64,000 bases of DNA. Origin: Monocercomonoides exilis PA203. Taxonomy: Eukaryota > Protista > Preaxostyla. Shown in pieces: positions 14,301 through 27,500 of this stretch (position 1 is the stretch's first letter; the number at the start of each line of letters is the position of its first letter). The DNA lies in the NCBI GenBank assembly GCA_001643675.2, contig LSRY02000033.1, positions 310,001-374,000 on the forward strand. The letters are read 5' to 3'. The notes beneath the pieces were generated by a model. The model saw only the letters and a program-made list of their open reading frames with translations, did no database searches and had not been told where the DNA came from. A program made the translations under genes and the position numbers.

Positions 14301-16404
14301 TCCTTCTCCTTCTCCTTCCTTCTCCTTCCTCTCCTCTTTCACCTCAAACTTGTCCGAAAGCAGCAGCACATTCAACAAAAGCTGCATCCAATCGTCGTTT
14401 TCCACAATCTGCTTCTTCATCAACAACCTCGTCTTCACCTCTTCTTCAACTGGATCTGCTGCCACTTTGTTAACACCAAGTGCCATTCCAATAGGAGAAG
14501 CAGCAGGAGAGAGAGAAGATGAGGAAGAAGAAGAGGATAATGTAGAAGAGGAAGCAGATGATGACAATGAAGAAGAAGAAGAAGAGGAAGAAGAAGAAGT
14601 TGATGAAATAACATTCATTGCTTCGTTAAAGTTCAAGCAGAGAGACAAAACAGAAGACAGTGCAAAGAAGAGAGATTCAATGAGAATAGCTGGTGTGGGT
14701 GCACAATCAGAAACATCAAACAAGAAACACTCATTCAGCAGACTCGACATCGAATCAAACAGAAAAGAAAGAAGAGATTGAGAAAGAGAGGAAGAAGAAG
14801 TAGAAGCAGAAGAGGAAGAGGAAGAGGATGATGCTGCAGAAGAAGAATAAGAAGAAGAAGAAGGCTTTGGAGCGTTGTTCTTCATCGACTGTGAAATAAT
14901 CAGCGAGGACAGGTTGCTGTGCATCAGAAGGCGATGGACAAGGCCCAAACACGAATGGAGCACCCTCACATCAAATGAAGGCGAATAACGAGACGCGAAA
15001 AGTGGATGAGAAGCAAACGAATCGTCAGAAGAGGTTTTCTTGTCAGCATCTTCTTCTTCGTCTTCGTCGTCTTCGTCATTGTCATCAAGCCCATCATCAT
15101 CATCAAAGATATCATCATTGTCTTCTTCTCCTTCTCCTTCTCCTTCTCCGTCTTTCTCCTTCTCTTTCATTTTCTCCTTATTCTCTTCCATTCTGTAGAA
15201 CTTCTGCACTCTTCCAACAATCCTCTTCATAATCCTTGCCCTTCTCCTCTTCTCTTTCCTTGCTTTTCCTTCGTTCCCACTTTCCCTCCACTTCTTCGTC
15301 AAAACATCCACAAACTCCAAAATAACACCAAACACATTGTCCTCCACCAGATTCGCTGCAAACGAAGGCGAGCGCGCCAGGATGATCAGCAGCGACAGGA
15401 GCGACAGCACAGACGGCGTCTCCTCTTCCTTCTCTGCCTCTTCTGCCTCCAGCTCTTCTGTCTTCATCGCATCGCTGCTTTCTCCATTTTCTCCTTTGTT
15501 TCCATTCTCTCCATTCTCTTCATTCTTTCCTTTGTTTCCTTTGTTTCCGATAGCTTCTCTTTCTTCGCTTTGCGCAGAGAACGTGTGGATGGCAGTGTCT
15601 GCCTCGTTCTCTTTCGTCTGAAGAAGTCGCTTCAGTCTGAGCTGAGTGGACTGCTGGCGGAGGAAAGCAGAAAGCGTGTGGGTGAATTGAGGAGAGGAGA
15701 GGTAGTCACAGAAGGGATACACAACAGAAGAAGAAGGAGAAGAAGGAGAAGAGGAAGAAGAAGAGGAAGAAGAGGAAGAGGAAGAAGCTGATGATGTTTG
15801 TGAGGGAACAGAGAAGACGATGAAGTTGCAGAGGATTTGATATGCGAGCTTAGATGGCTTTCCGACAAGAGAAAACAGGACAGACAACGCAGAGGAAGGA
15901 GTTGCAGCAGCAGCAGAAGAAGAAGATGATGATGATGATGATGAAGTTGAAGTTGAAGAAGAAGAAGACGAATCTGCAATAGGAAGCGTTGGCTGTTTGA
16001 ACTTGGGGCATTTGAAGAGGGCAGCTGTCTGCTGGGTGGGAAAGAGAGAGGACAAGAAGAAGAGGAAGATGTGTTGCAGTGGGAGTGAGGATGAATTTGA
16101 GGGTAAGTTTGGAAGAAGCGCTTGAGAAGAGGAAGAAGAGGAAGAAGAAGAAGCAGAAGAAGAGGGAGAAGAAGGAAGTAAAAGAGCGCAGGCAGCAGGA
16201 GAAAGAGAGAGATTTCGGAGGAGGAACAAGGAAGAGAAGCGGATGTTAGCGGAGAGAAGGGACGAGATGGGGAGAGGAAGAAGTGGAAGGGAAGAGCTGC
16301 TTTGAGAAGAAGAGGAAGAGGAAGAAGAGGAAGAAGAGGAAGAAGAAGCTGATTGTGATGCAGTTTGTTTGGTCATTCGAGAAGAATCGTTTGATTTAGC
16401 AGAA

Positions 16405-16436
<32 letters not shown>

Positions 16437-19400
16437 TGATGATGATGAGAGGAAGATAAGTGGAGTTGCAAGTGCAAATGTGTCAAGCTTCATCAGCGGA
16501 GCACGGCAGTTGTCTGTTTGATGAGAAGAGAGGAATAAAAAGTGATTAAGAGAAAGAAATACAAATTGAAAGAGATTAAAGATTGCAAGCAAGAAAAAGC
16601 GATTGGAGAAAATAAGAAAAAGAAAAAAGAAAAATAAAATATTTTGAAAGAAAAAAAAGAAAAAAAGAAAGAAAAGAAAAAAACATTAAATCAAAAGCAA
16701 ACCATATAAATGAATGGAAAATACAATGAAACAAAAACAATTCACCAACCATTTAATATTCTTCACTCAAAAATCTCTTTCTTTCTTTCTTTCTTTCTTT
16801 CTTTTCCTTTTCCATATTAATTTATTAATTCACTTATTTACCCTTATATCACACACCATCCAACGAGAACAGACACAGCACATTAAGCGCCTGCTCCACC
16901 ACTCTCATCTTCAGCTCCATCAATTCTTTGTCCTTCGCATTTTCGCTTTTTCTCTCCTTTGTTTGAGGCAAATCAGCAGCTTCTGCTGTTTCTTTGAGTT
17001 TTTCTATGATTCCTTCTGTTGAATTGAGAACTGAGGTGTTATTGTTCCAGACATGCTGCATTTTTCTAAGGGCATCCACAACAGACAGAAGAATAGATGG
17101 AACAGATGTTTGCAAAAGAGAAGAAGAAGAGGAGGAAGAAGAGAGAGAGAGAGGAAGAGAAGGAGAAGAAGAAGGAGAATGAGGAAGAGAAGAGGAGGAG
17201 GAGGAAGAAGAAGAAAGAGTGGAAGAAGAAGGAGAAGGTGTTAGAGAGAGAGAAGCTATTGGCTGTAAGGGAGAGCGCTGGACGATGGCAGAGCGAGAAG
17301 AAGAAGAAGAAAGGAGAAGAGAAAGAAGATGGAGGATGTTTCTGGAAAGAGAGAGAAACGACGAGAAGGAGAGAGAGGCAGATGAAACAGAGGAGGAAGA
17401 AGAAGAGGAAGAAGAAGAAGCGGAAGAAGATGATGATGATGATGAGGCAGAAAGAGAATTATCAGAAGAAGAAGAGCAGCAGAAGAGCTTCAATGCAGAT
17501 GGGATGATGTCAACCAATGAAGATGAAGTTAATGTGACAACAGTTCGTTCTGAATGAAAAGAATGTGTTGGATAAATAAAATATCAAATAATTAGTTAAT
17601 GTGACAAGTGATTCAGAAATAATAGCAGGAAACGGAGAATATATACATATATAAATAGATAGAAAGAAAGAAAGTTTTTTGAAATCAACAAAAATAATGC
17701 ATCCGATAAACAAAAGCATTATTCCATGGAATGAAAATCTATGCTTTTTTTTTTCATTTATTTATTTCTTTATTTTCTTCACATAGCAACACACCATCTT
17801 CCGCCAAAAAGCTCAGCAGCAGGAAATGCTTCTCAATAATCTCAATGCACCTTTCTCTTTCTCTCTCGTCTCTCTTCGCATCTCTTTCTGCTTTCTTCTT
17901 CCTCTTCTCTTGCAGCTCAATTGGAACATCTTCTTCTGGTTCTTTTTCTTCTTTCTCTTTCTCTTTCTCTTTCTCTTTCTCTTCTCCTTTCCCTGCTTCT
18001 TTGTTCTCTGCCTTTGCTTTTTCTTCCATTTTCCCTGTTTTCTGCTCATCGTTGCCTTTTCCTTTGTCTTTTCCTTCTTTTCCATCTTTCTCTTCTTTTT
18101 GTGTGTTTCTCTTTTCTTCTCTGCTGATTTGCGACGAAAGCGTCGAAAGCAGAAAGTTCAGCGTATCGCCTGAGCACAATGCAGGAAGAGACTCACCTGG
18201 TGAAATAAAAAAAAAAAAAAAAGGAGAAAGAAAGAAGGAAAGATGGTTAGCAAGTTAGAAAGAAATAGGAAAAAATGAGTTATGAGTGGAAAGACAAGCA
18301 AATGCAAAAAAAATGTAAAATCATTACAATATAAAACAAAGAAAAATAGCATTCATCAAAAAATAAAAAGGAGCAAATGAAACAACACATTCTCAAATCT
18401 AATCCATCTCCCTCTCTTTCCCTCACATTCTCTCCCTCCACAACACACTGGACAGCGCCAAGTTCACAAAGCACTCATCGACTGCTAAGCAGAGGCACGA
18501 CATCTTCTCCACCACTTCTCCACACTCCATCTTCGGCGGCGGCGGTGGAATCGCAGCCAGCTCATCCTTTTCGCTCTTCAGCATCGCCTTCTTCTCCAAC
18601 TCGGCCCTTCTCGCTGCTCGCTTCGCAGCGGCGCTGTCTGCTTTGTCGGTCGCACTGGATTTCTCGTTGGATTGAGAGGAAGAGGAATCAGAGGAAGAAG
18701 AAGAAGAAGAGGAGGAGGAGGAGGATTTGGTTGCTGCCTGTGGAAGAGACAAGAGAGAGAGGAAGCCGGACGATAAGATGGATGAACGTTGAGATCCTAA
18801 AAATAAATGAATACGTGAATGAACAAATAAATAAATAAGAAAGAACAGAAATAACAAATGTTATTACGAAGATTGTAAAATTTTTGCATCCAATTGCGAA
18901 ACACATAAAATTTATAAAAGAGGAACAGAAAAAAAAAACAGTGTTTTTCCCATACTTTTCTCTGACATCAGCCGAACAATGCACAAGAATTCGAGCGCAC
19001 ATCTCAGCCGAATCGGCATTCGTGCTTCGTCGTCGCTTTCGTCTTCATCTTCTTTTATTTCCTCTTCCATTTCTTCTCTCACCTTTTGCACTTTCTCCTC
19101 TGCCTTCCGTTTCTCCTCCTCCTCTTTCTTCTTCTTCTCTTCTTCTTCTTTTTTCTTCTTCTCTTCTTCTTCTCTCTTCTTCTCTCTCTCTTTCTCTCTC
19201 ACTGTCATCGACGCATACGCCACTTCTCTGTCGTATTTGTCCCGCTTCTCCTTCTCCTTCCTCTCCAGCTCCTTCTTCACCTCCTCCCGCTTCGCTTCAT
19301 AGTCTCCTTTGTTCTTCTCGTCCACTTCGGTGATGTAGTCCTCAATGTTCGCCTTGATCACCCCAACAAGCTCTTTCATCCCTTTCGTCGTTCCGCACAG

Positions 19401-20449
19401 AGCTAGACGCGAGGCTTCGTCTTAATAATTGTTCGATTTTTTAAAAAAAAATGAAATATTTCAGTTTTTTTTTCATAAAAATAAAATTAAAGAAATAAGG
19501 AAAAGAAATACAATGAGAAAGAAAAATGCTAATAAAAACTGAACGAAAGGTTTATTTTCAAACTATGTTCGCAAAGTTGTCTGATCATCGTAACTGCGCC
19601 AAGTGTGATCTGATCAATTTGCTCTTTCATTCGTTTTTTCTGCTCAGAAGCTGCTGATACTGTAGACAATTTGCTTTTTCCATCTTTGCCAGCTTTGGAG
19701 GTTGAAATGTTAATGGACTCTTGGCTGGCAGATGTCAAGTGAAGTGTGAATTGATTTTCAACTAAGAACATCAATGCTTTCATTCCTCCGATTGAAACAA
19801 ATGATTCAATTGTTGAATCTTAATGCAAATTAGCATGAAAATTTTACAGTTTTATAAAAATATCCCAGTTCATTTGAAATGAATTAATTGTACTTAAGAA
19901 AATATAACAAACCATTCACAAGAAGAATTGATAACAATTTCAGAGCTGAAAACAAAAGAGAAGCCTGAGTGCTTTTAAAAAGCAAAATACGCAGCAAAGC
20001 CTCAAGTCCACCGTTTTCTTGAAGCATTCTTAGATTTGTTTCTAAAGTATATTTTTGTTTCAAATTTTTGAAATGTCAAATTTTAAACCAAATTATTTTT
20101 GAAAATGACAAAGGCAATACCTTCTTGTGCAAAGCGCGAACACAAGTCACAAAAGAATGCAAGAAACGCATGATCAAGTGATTTTCTGAAAAAAACATTT
20201 TAAAAATAGATTTCTCTAAAAAACATCACAAACTGTAAAATTGAAATCATTTTAAGAGTTAAATTTGCTGATTCTTCTGGAATATAAAATGCGTCTGGAT
20301 CTGTCTCCAAAATGAGACGACAGCGAACAGAATACTCGTATGTTTTCCGTTCGTCTTCTGTTTCAATTGCTCTCCATAACGGCTCAAAAAAGTCTAAAGG
20401 AAAAATTAGAATAATGAAATGACAATTGCATCAAACCTTGTTGAGTCAT
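8317..20449 (-). CDS. Giant armadillo-repeat protein (~3,386 aa, 13 exons) with poly-Ser, acidic and charged insertions
   Basis: Hand-spliced exons 20449-20437, 20393-20234, 20185-20121, 20041-19913, 19818-19564, 19420-18956, 18796-18449, 18196-17795, 17549-16857, 16513-13190, 13010-12474, 12214-11756 and 11627-8317 total 10,161 nt in one open frame, all GT-AG. ARM-like motifs: NLRMLQENGGLEALLRIL, CRERIAKCGGVELM, LVNAGVLKCVVKLI, AGLMNLS. The first three exons are the least certain. Confidence 0.75.
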
Positions 20450-21518
20450 GAAAGGGAGAGATAACTCAAACGAAAATAACTGATCAAATGCATAATGTGT
20501 TTTCAAAGATTTAAAAAAATATTTCTGATGAAAACAGAAATGAATTAATGTTAATAAACAAAAAAAGAATGCACAAAAAATCGAAACACTTGAATGTTTA
20601 AAAAGAACAATCATTAAAGTTGAAATACAATTATTATTTCGTAACAAATTTTCGAAAATGTTGAAATTTAACTAACATTAACTTTATTGAAATAAAACAT
20701 TTCTTGTTCTTTGTTGATATCTTGCACTCACCTGAATATATCCAACATATGTATAAGTTGAGATATATTGGATTATTTAATAAATCTTGTTTCAAGATGA
20801 AAATCAGAAAATGTTTTATTAAAAATGGTGAATTGTACATATTTTTTTTCAAATTGCTGAATAACGGAAAAAAATAAAATAGAAGCAGTTATGATAACTT
20901 TGAAGCAAGATTATTATTGACAAAATATATACGTATCATCTGCAGGTGGAAAAAATGTTAAAAAAAAAATGAACGAAAAAATGGTGTTTTCAAGAAAATT
21001 TTGTGTGAATAGAAATTTTCATTTAAAGAGAAAAATGTTCACAATTGCTAAAATTGAATTTATAAGTAATGTATCCGATTTGAAAAATAAAATTCTTTGA
21101 ATAAATAAATTCTGATTTCGAATTATTAATGGAGTTGAAATCTGATAATTAACTTCAAAGAAAGCTTAAACACACAAAAGGATCTTTCTTTTTAAAATAC
21201 AAAAGCAATTTCTCTGATGTGAATGAGTGATTCAAGAAACTTCAAAACTCAAAAATAAAAGGTTAATTTTTAATAAAGATATCCTTACCACTCACAATAA
21301 TTAACGAGTTCAAGTAAAAATACAAACAAAAAAACATGAACAAAAAATCTAAGAAATCGCACACAGAAAACCTTATTATTAAATAAACGCATACATATAT
21401 CGACAAACAACTCTATAAACAGATTGATGAAAAAATAAGATATTATTTGTCTCACTTAGAGCAAATTTTGGTTGTATAAATTGTATTTGAAGTTTTTTTC
21501 AAATCCATTTCGTTTGCA

Positions 21519-24500
21519 TCATCTAGCGCTTTCTTTTCCGTTTGATTTTTTTTCTTTTTCAGTTTGTGAGCTTGACTCCACCATCTCATAGTCAATAGCA
21601 TCTGAGACTGTAATCATTGCAGCTCCTTTTGGAAAGCGCTGGATAAACTCCCTCTTCAGACACAAAAGAGTCGGCCTCGCATTCCCTTCTGCTGAAAGGC
21701 ATCCTTTCACAATCCCCACCATCGAACATTTCTTAGTTGCATGAATGTTCGGTCTCTCTCCATTCACAATTTTCTGTCCGGCAACTTCCGCTTCGTATTC
21801 TCCAAACGGGATCTGAAGAGTCAGGCACTCCCACAACATCATCCCGATCGAAAATGAAACTGACTCCTTTGTTGCCATCATCTTCTTATTGATTAACAAC
21901 TCTGGTGCCTTCCACCTCAGGCACTCTTTTTTGAAACTATCTTCATCCTCAAAGGCAGATGAAGGAAGTGAGTCATCATCATCATCATCACCACTGGCAG
22001 ATGTCACAACTGTTGATGAAGAGATAGATGATGAATCAGAGTCTGATGAGCAGTCAGAGTGAAGCACGATGCAAATAACCATATGTTCAGAGAATAACAC
22101 AATATGAGGACTCAAATTAGCAAGTGATGGAAGCTCATTTTCCATTTCGTCAAAGGAGTGGAGCGCAAGATTAGCCACCCAGAACAGGATCTGGGCTGCT
22201 GTCATCTCTCTTTGTTGAAGACTATCAATATCCATTTCTTTCTTCTCGTTCCTTCCGTGGAGCAACATGAATAATGAATCCCTCAGATCCACAATCAGCT
22301 TTTCATGAGGCGAGGAGCAGGCCATGGCATCCACCAGATTCGACATCGATGAGGTTGTTGGACACAAATCCTCCCCACGAACAAATGTGGATTCTGTGTC
22401 TGAAGTGTCTATTGTGGAAGTGGTTGAAGTGGATGAAATCGATGGCGATGGAGTCTGCTTTCGAATTTCCTCTTCTTCATCTTTCTCCAGCATCCATTGA
22501 GGAATCTTGTCTGAATCTCTCCCCAGAATGTATTCAGTTGATCCGCTCTCACTCAACAAATGCTCAGATGACTCTGAGTGTCCCAAGCTTTTCTCATACA
22601 CCCTCTTCTTGATCCTCTCTTCATTCTTCTTCTCAGCCTCCCTCTCAGCCCTCCTCCACTGAGCCTCGGGTGACATCTCCATCGTCACCATCTCAAACGC
22701 CTTCGGATCCTTCCTCATTGTGTCTTCCACAATTATCTCCAATTCCTTTGTTCGTCTTTTTTGTTTCCTCCACCGAACAGCAAGAACAATTGATACAATT
22801 AAAATGATCAAAAGCAACACAACCAGCATAACAATTACAATCAATGCCCATGATGATTTTCCTTCTTTTCCTCCTTCAACCAAATTATCATTTCCAGTCT
22901 TCGATTCTGTTTTATTCTTCAGAATAACAAACTCAGTTGAAGATGGATTAATGGCATCCCCAAATAGAATGCAACTGTAAACATCTGCAGTGTCTGGTGC
23001 ATCTGAAATCACTGTTGCTTGTATTTTGCCGATTGTGCTGTTCTCAGCCACAAAGCCGTCTTCGTGGAAATCGTGCTTGTCGATCAGCTCCACATCACCG
23101 ATGGCTGTGATGATGCGGAAGGACAGATTGCAGGGGAGGAGCAGGGTTCCTCTGAAGGTCAGCACAGCTTCATTGCCTTCTATGCTTGTGTCGATCGCTT
23201 GGAGGGTTGGTATGAAAAACGGAGATGGCCTTTCAGCAGCCAAGCCAGACAAAGTGCATCCGTCGCTGAGGATCCAAAGAGACGTGTTGTCCTTCAATCC
23301 ATCACCGCCTTTCAGACTGACTACATCAAGCAACCCAGAATTGGCACAAAATATATTTCTTCTAGAGGAAGGATATTGATTGATTGAGGGATTGTTATTG
23401 GATAACTCTCCTTTTTCAATAGACGCATTTCCACCAAAAATGGATAGGCCTCCATTTGGTGATTTTGAAATAAAAGACTCGTCAATGGAAATGGAGCTGT
23501 TTTTTGAGTCAATTAACGATCCATTCCATTTGCAGATTTCATCTCTGCCATTGAATATGAATAAATTGTGAGAGCTGTTGTTGGATGCCTTCCCTTCAAA
23601 CTGACATGATTTAATATTAACTTTAAAACAGTTTGAGAGCACAACCATTTCCCCAAGCTTCATTTCACTTGAAAGACAATCAGAAAATGTGCAATTTGAC
23701 AAACTGAGTTGGTAATTAGGCAAGCGGCAGTTGAGGCAAGAGGCAGAACCTGATGAAGTTATTCTTTTCAGTTTGATAAGAGATAATTCAATAGAATATT
23801 CATCATTTGTTGGCCCTGATAGATAATCACTTTCCATCTCAATGAAAGAACCACTCTGTACGACGCAATCTGACGCTTCCACTTTCTCGATTGATCCATT
23901 CATCTTCTTCAGATATATTGAACTTATCGCAGTGCGTACTTTTTCCAAATAGAGCTGCTGCAGTTGAATCCTTCCTCCTTCGCACTCAACGGTTCTCGTG
24001 CAATTCAGATTCTTCATCTTTATTTCCTCCAAAATGAGCACTCCGTATGTGGCTGAAATAAGTTTCGGAACAACCGGTGCTCTATCTGCTTCCCCGCAGA
24101 ATTCACACGAAACAAGTGAAACTTGCCCAGAAGTGATGAAAAATACGGATGAATGAAGCGATGTGAAGTCAGCTGCCAGTTTGAAGCTTACGCTTTCTAT
24201 CAGCACATTATCCTCAATGAAAATTACATATTCGCGAGTCTTGCTCAGAGATTGTCCAAATGTCACGTTGACATTCTCTCTTCCGAGTGATTTCACCTCC
24301 ATCTTCGCAAAGTCGCACTCCCGCTCGATCTCACTGCATCCATCAATCAGTAGTCGTGCTGCATAATCAATTATCATATGCTCCAGCCCTTGTCCCACAG
24401 TCACGCATGGATGATCCACTTTCCCGCATTGCCGTCCATTTGTTCCGTTCTTCTCTGCCAGTGATGACACAATGATTGTGCTTTGTTGGTATATTGTCAC

Positions 24501-27500
24501 AAACTCTATCAGATCCACTGGAACATAATTTTCCTCGTCAATCCCGTAGATCGCGTCAAACCTGTTGTATACCTCCGGGCGCAGATCAAGCAAAAATTGA
24601 GTTTCATTGATTTGTTCTGCAATCTTCCAGCACTCCACAAACACATCTCTTCCTTTCCATGCTCCATTTCCTCTGAATTCACATCCTTTGAATATAAAAT
24701 TCAGCGACGCTTGTCCCTCAGCCTTCACATACACTCCGCCGCCTCTTCCAATCGCGGGGGAGCAGCCACAATTAGTAATTTTGCTGTTGTTCATTTCAAA
24801 CCTCCCGCTGCTCCCCAGCATCATCAGCACAACTCCTCCTTTTTCTGACATCTCCGATCGACACGTGTCAAACTCTGAGCCATTTATCTCCAGCGCCCAC
24901 GAGCTCATAAAACTGCTTCCAAATACACTTGCTCCATTGAACGATGCAGTTACTCTTTTAAAAACATTCCCATTCATCTCAATTGTTGGTTGTTCGTTCC
25001 TTTCTGATGCACTTCCATCCACATATTGAATTATCCCTCCATTGGCTGTCACATTTTCCATTGTGATGTACTTCAACACACAGCAGCATCCGCTCCAGAT
25101 TTCAAAAAGAGCGGAATCAAAAGCTATGTTGCACGTGTCAAAACCACGAATTTCCAAAGATCCGCTTTTAATTGCAGCAAATTTCATATCTGAGAAGTAT
25201 GCTGAATTGTTCGAACTTAGAGAACAACCTGATATTGACAAAGCTCCGCTTTTGCTGCACATGACAGTGCATGCGGTATCTGCCAGCGTTGAGTCAAGAA
25301 ATATATCAATAGATGTGAATGACAAACTCCAAGAATTTGAGAAGAATCCTTCTGCAATCTCTTCGATATTTGGCTTCTTCAGGATAAGTTTGGCTTTTTC
25401 CAATTCTTCTAAGTCCGTTTGAACGGCTGAGACAGAAAAGTTTGATAGCTTAAAAGTATTTTCCAAAATTGACGAATGTTCAACAAACAATTCCTTTGTT
25501 TCGGCATTCGTGTCTATTTGCTTCATCCCTTTCCAGAATGTTTCACACGGATCGTCTTCCGTCCCACATCGTTTCACATCGCTTCCTCTACTCGATACAT
25601 AAATCATATTCGAACTGTATTCGATCAAAAACCGCATTAAGTCAGTATTTTCAAACTCGCTGTCTGTCCCAACAAAAGCATTTCCGTTCTCCGCAAACTG
25701 CAAATAATTGAAGTAAAATGTTGTATTTGTTACAGATTCGTTTAGTTCCGTCGCTCTGATAAAAAGATTCGTTCCAGCAAAGGCTCTGTTATCCAAAAAC
25801 GTTGCGTCCTTCAGTGTAAATGGTTGGATATTGTTAGCTGAAATGCTGTCAATAAACATAAAGCCTCCAAATCCAGAGGATTCTGAACAAGCACATATTG
25901 TCAAATCACATTTCTGCAAAGAAAGTGTATGAGTTGATGAAAGATAACATGCAACAGCACCTCCTTCTAAGCCATTTGGGGTTTCTATTCCACTGAACGA
26001 ACATTCTGTTGCAGAAAATGATGACTCTATCAAAAATGGTACAGCAGTAAAGCTCTTCGCATTCACGTTGCACAAGATCATGTGCACAAATCCTCCAACA
26101 GAATGAATCAGATAAAACTTGCATTCAACATTTGAACTTGAAGGATGAGCAACAGCAGCAGAAGAAGAATCGAAAGTGAAGGAACAGTTATTTATAGAAA
26201 GACCTTTTTCTGAAGAAGGCATTGACAAAAGCAGCCCAGCTTGCCCAGAACTGAAGAAAGATGGAAGAGAGAAAACGATACGCTCGAATTCCAAGTTATC
26301 ACTGTTCATAAAAACAGCTTCAGCAAAGTTCTCAGAAATTGATGAAGAAATGGAGAGCGTGCTTTTTTTACTAATGTCTGGTGAAGCAATCGTAAACGAT
26401 GATAAATCAAACAAATGATCAACACGCGTTCTTTCAGAAATGCTCAGCTTCTTTTGATCAGCATCCGCCAGGATGTTCTGAAAGCCTCTCCAAAATGAGC
26501 TGCAAGGATAGCGCTCATTTCCGCATCCAATCATATCGTATCCACTCGGGGACACTTGCACAGATGGTGAATGATATTGAACCAAAAACAAATAAAGATC
26601 ATGCACAGATTCACAGAAATAATTCCGATCATATCCCATCATCTCTGCAATCCTCTCCCCTGTCTCGTTTATCAGCATCATCTGAAAAGTAGTTGGGATT
26701 ACTGTCGCATTCAAATTGTCGCAAACCAAAAACATATCCTTTCCAAGCTCTGCCGAATTGCTAATGAATGTAATATCTCCAAAGAGGCAATCGCTACTCG
26801 TTCCTTCTGGTAGCAAAAGATAAACCCCTCCACCTTTTCCAGTGTTTTCATTCATTCCGCTGTTCGTGATGCTCGCATTTGTCACTGAAAATCGTCCAGT
26901 TACAGTGAGACTGCACCTCACAGCTCCTCCTTCACTTGCTCCTGACTTGCAGTTATCGAAAATACATCCATCAGCAACCTCAACTTTTTCGCAATTTGCA
27001 ACATTCACCAGAGAGCTATCTGCCTTCACAAACGTCAATTCGGAGCTTTCAATTTGCACGCTCCCTCCGCTCAAAGAGATTATCCCGCTACCACCAGAAA
27101 ACGCAACGTTGCTGAGTAGCACTTTCGTCACTTGAATGTATCCCTCTTTCCCTCTGATGATCCACATGTTTGTCTGTTCTTCCTCCGCAGATGTTCCACC
27201 GAGCTGGCAGTTATCGATATACAGCTTTCCTCCATCAACTGATATCAATTCTCCAATGCTTGATGTTAATGGCAAACTGAACTTCAAGCACGAGAGCATC
27301 AGCGATACAGAGCTAGTCTCCATTTTCAAAACAAGTCCTCCACTTGCTTCAACTGAAAATAAAGATTTGCTCGTTGGAGACTGCCCGCGAATCGTCAGAG
27401 ACAATCCATTTCGATCCAAAATCTCTCTCAAACAGCACGAGTCAACAACACGGACCGTTGTCTGATCCGTTCTCATCTTATTGAATCCAAACATTAGGTC

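Noticed and set aside
18290-18360. Intronic C-box-like TGATGA (minus strand); others near 21425 and 34725
   Set aside because: No suitably placed CTGA D box and no recognisable rRNA guide.
8357-19406. Many 60-260-aa plus-strand ORFs overlapping the ARM gene, and similar antisense ORFs over BMS1 and TPS (e.g. 45342-46562)
   Set aside because: Shadow ORFs caused by stop-poor trinucleotide repeats and codon bias; no protein motifs.
20384-20852. Short AT-rich ORFs in intergenic DNA (also 33553-33741, 37925-38155, 38421-38666, 47329-47673)
   Set aside because: F/L/I/K/N-rich translations typical of non-coding AT-rich sequence.
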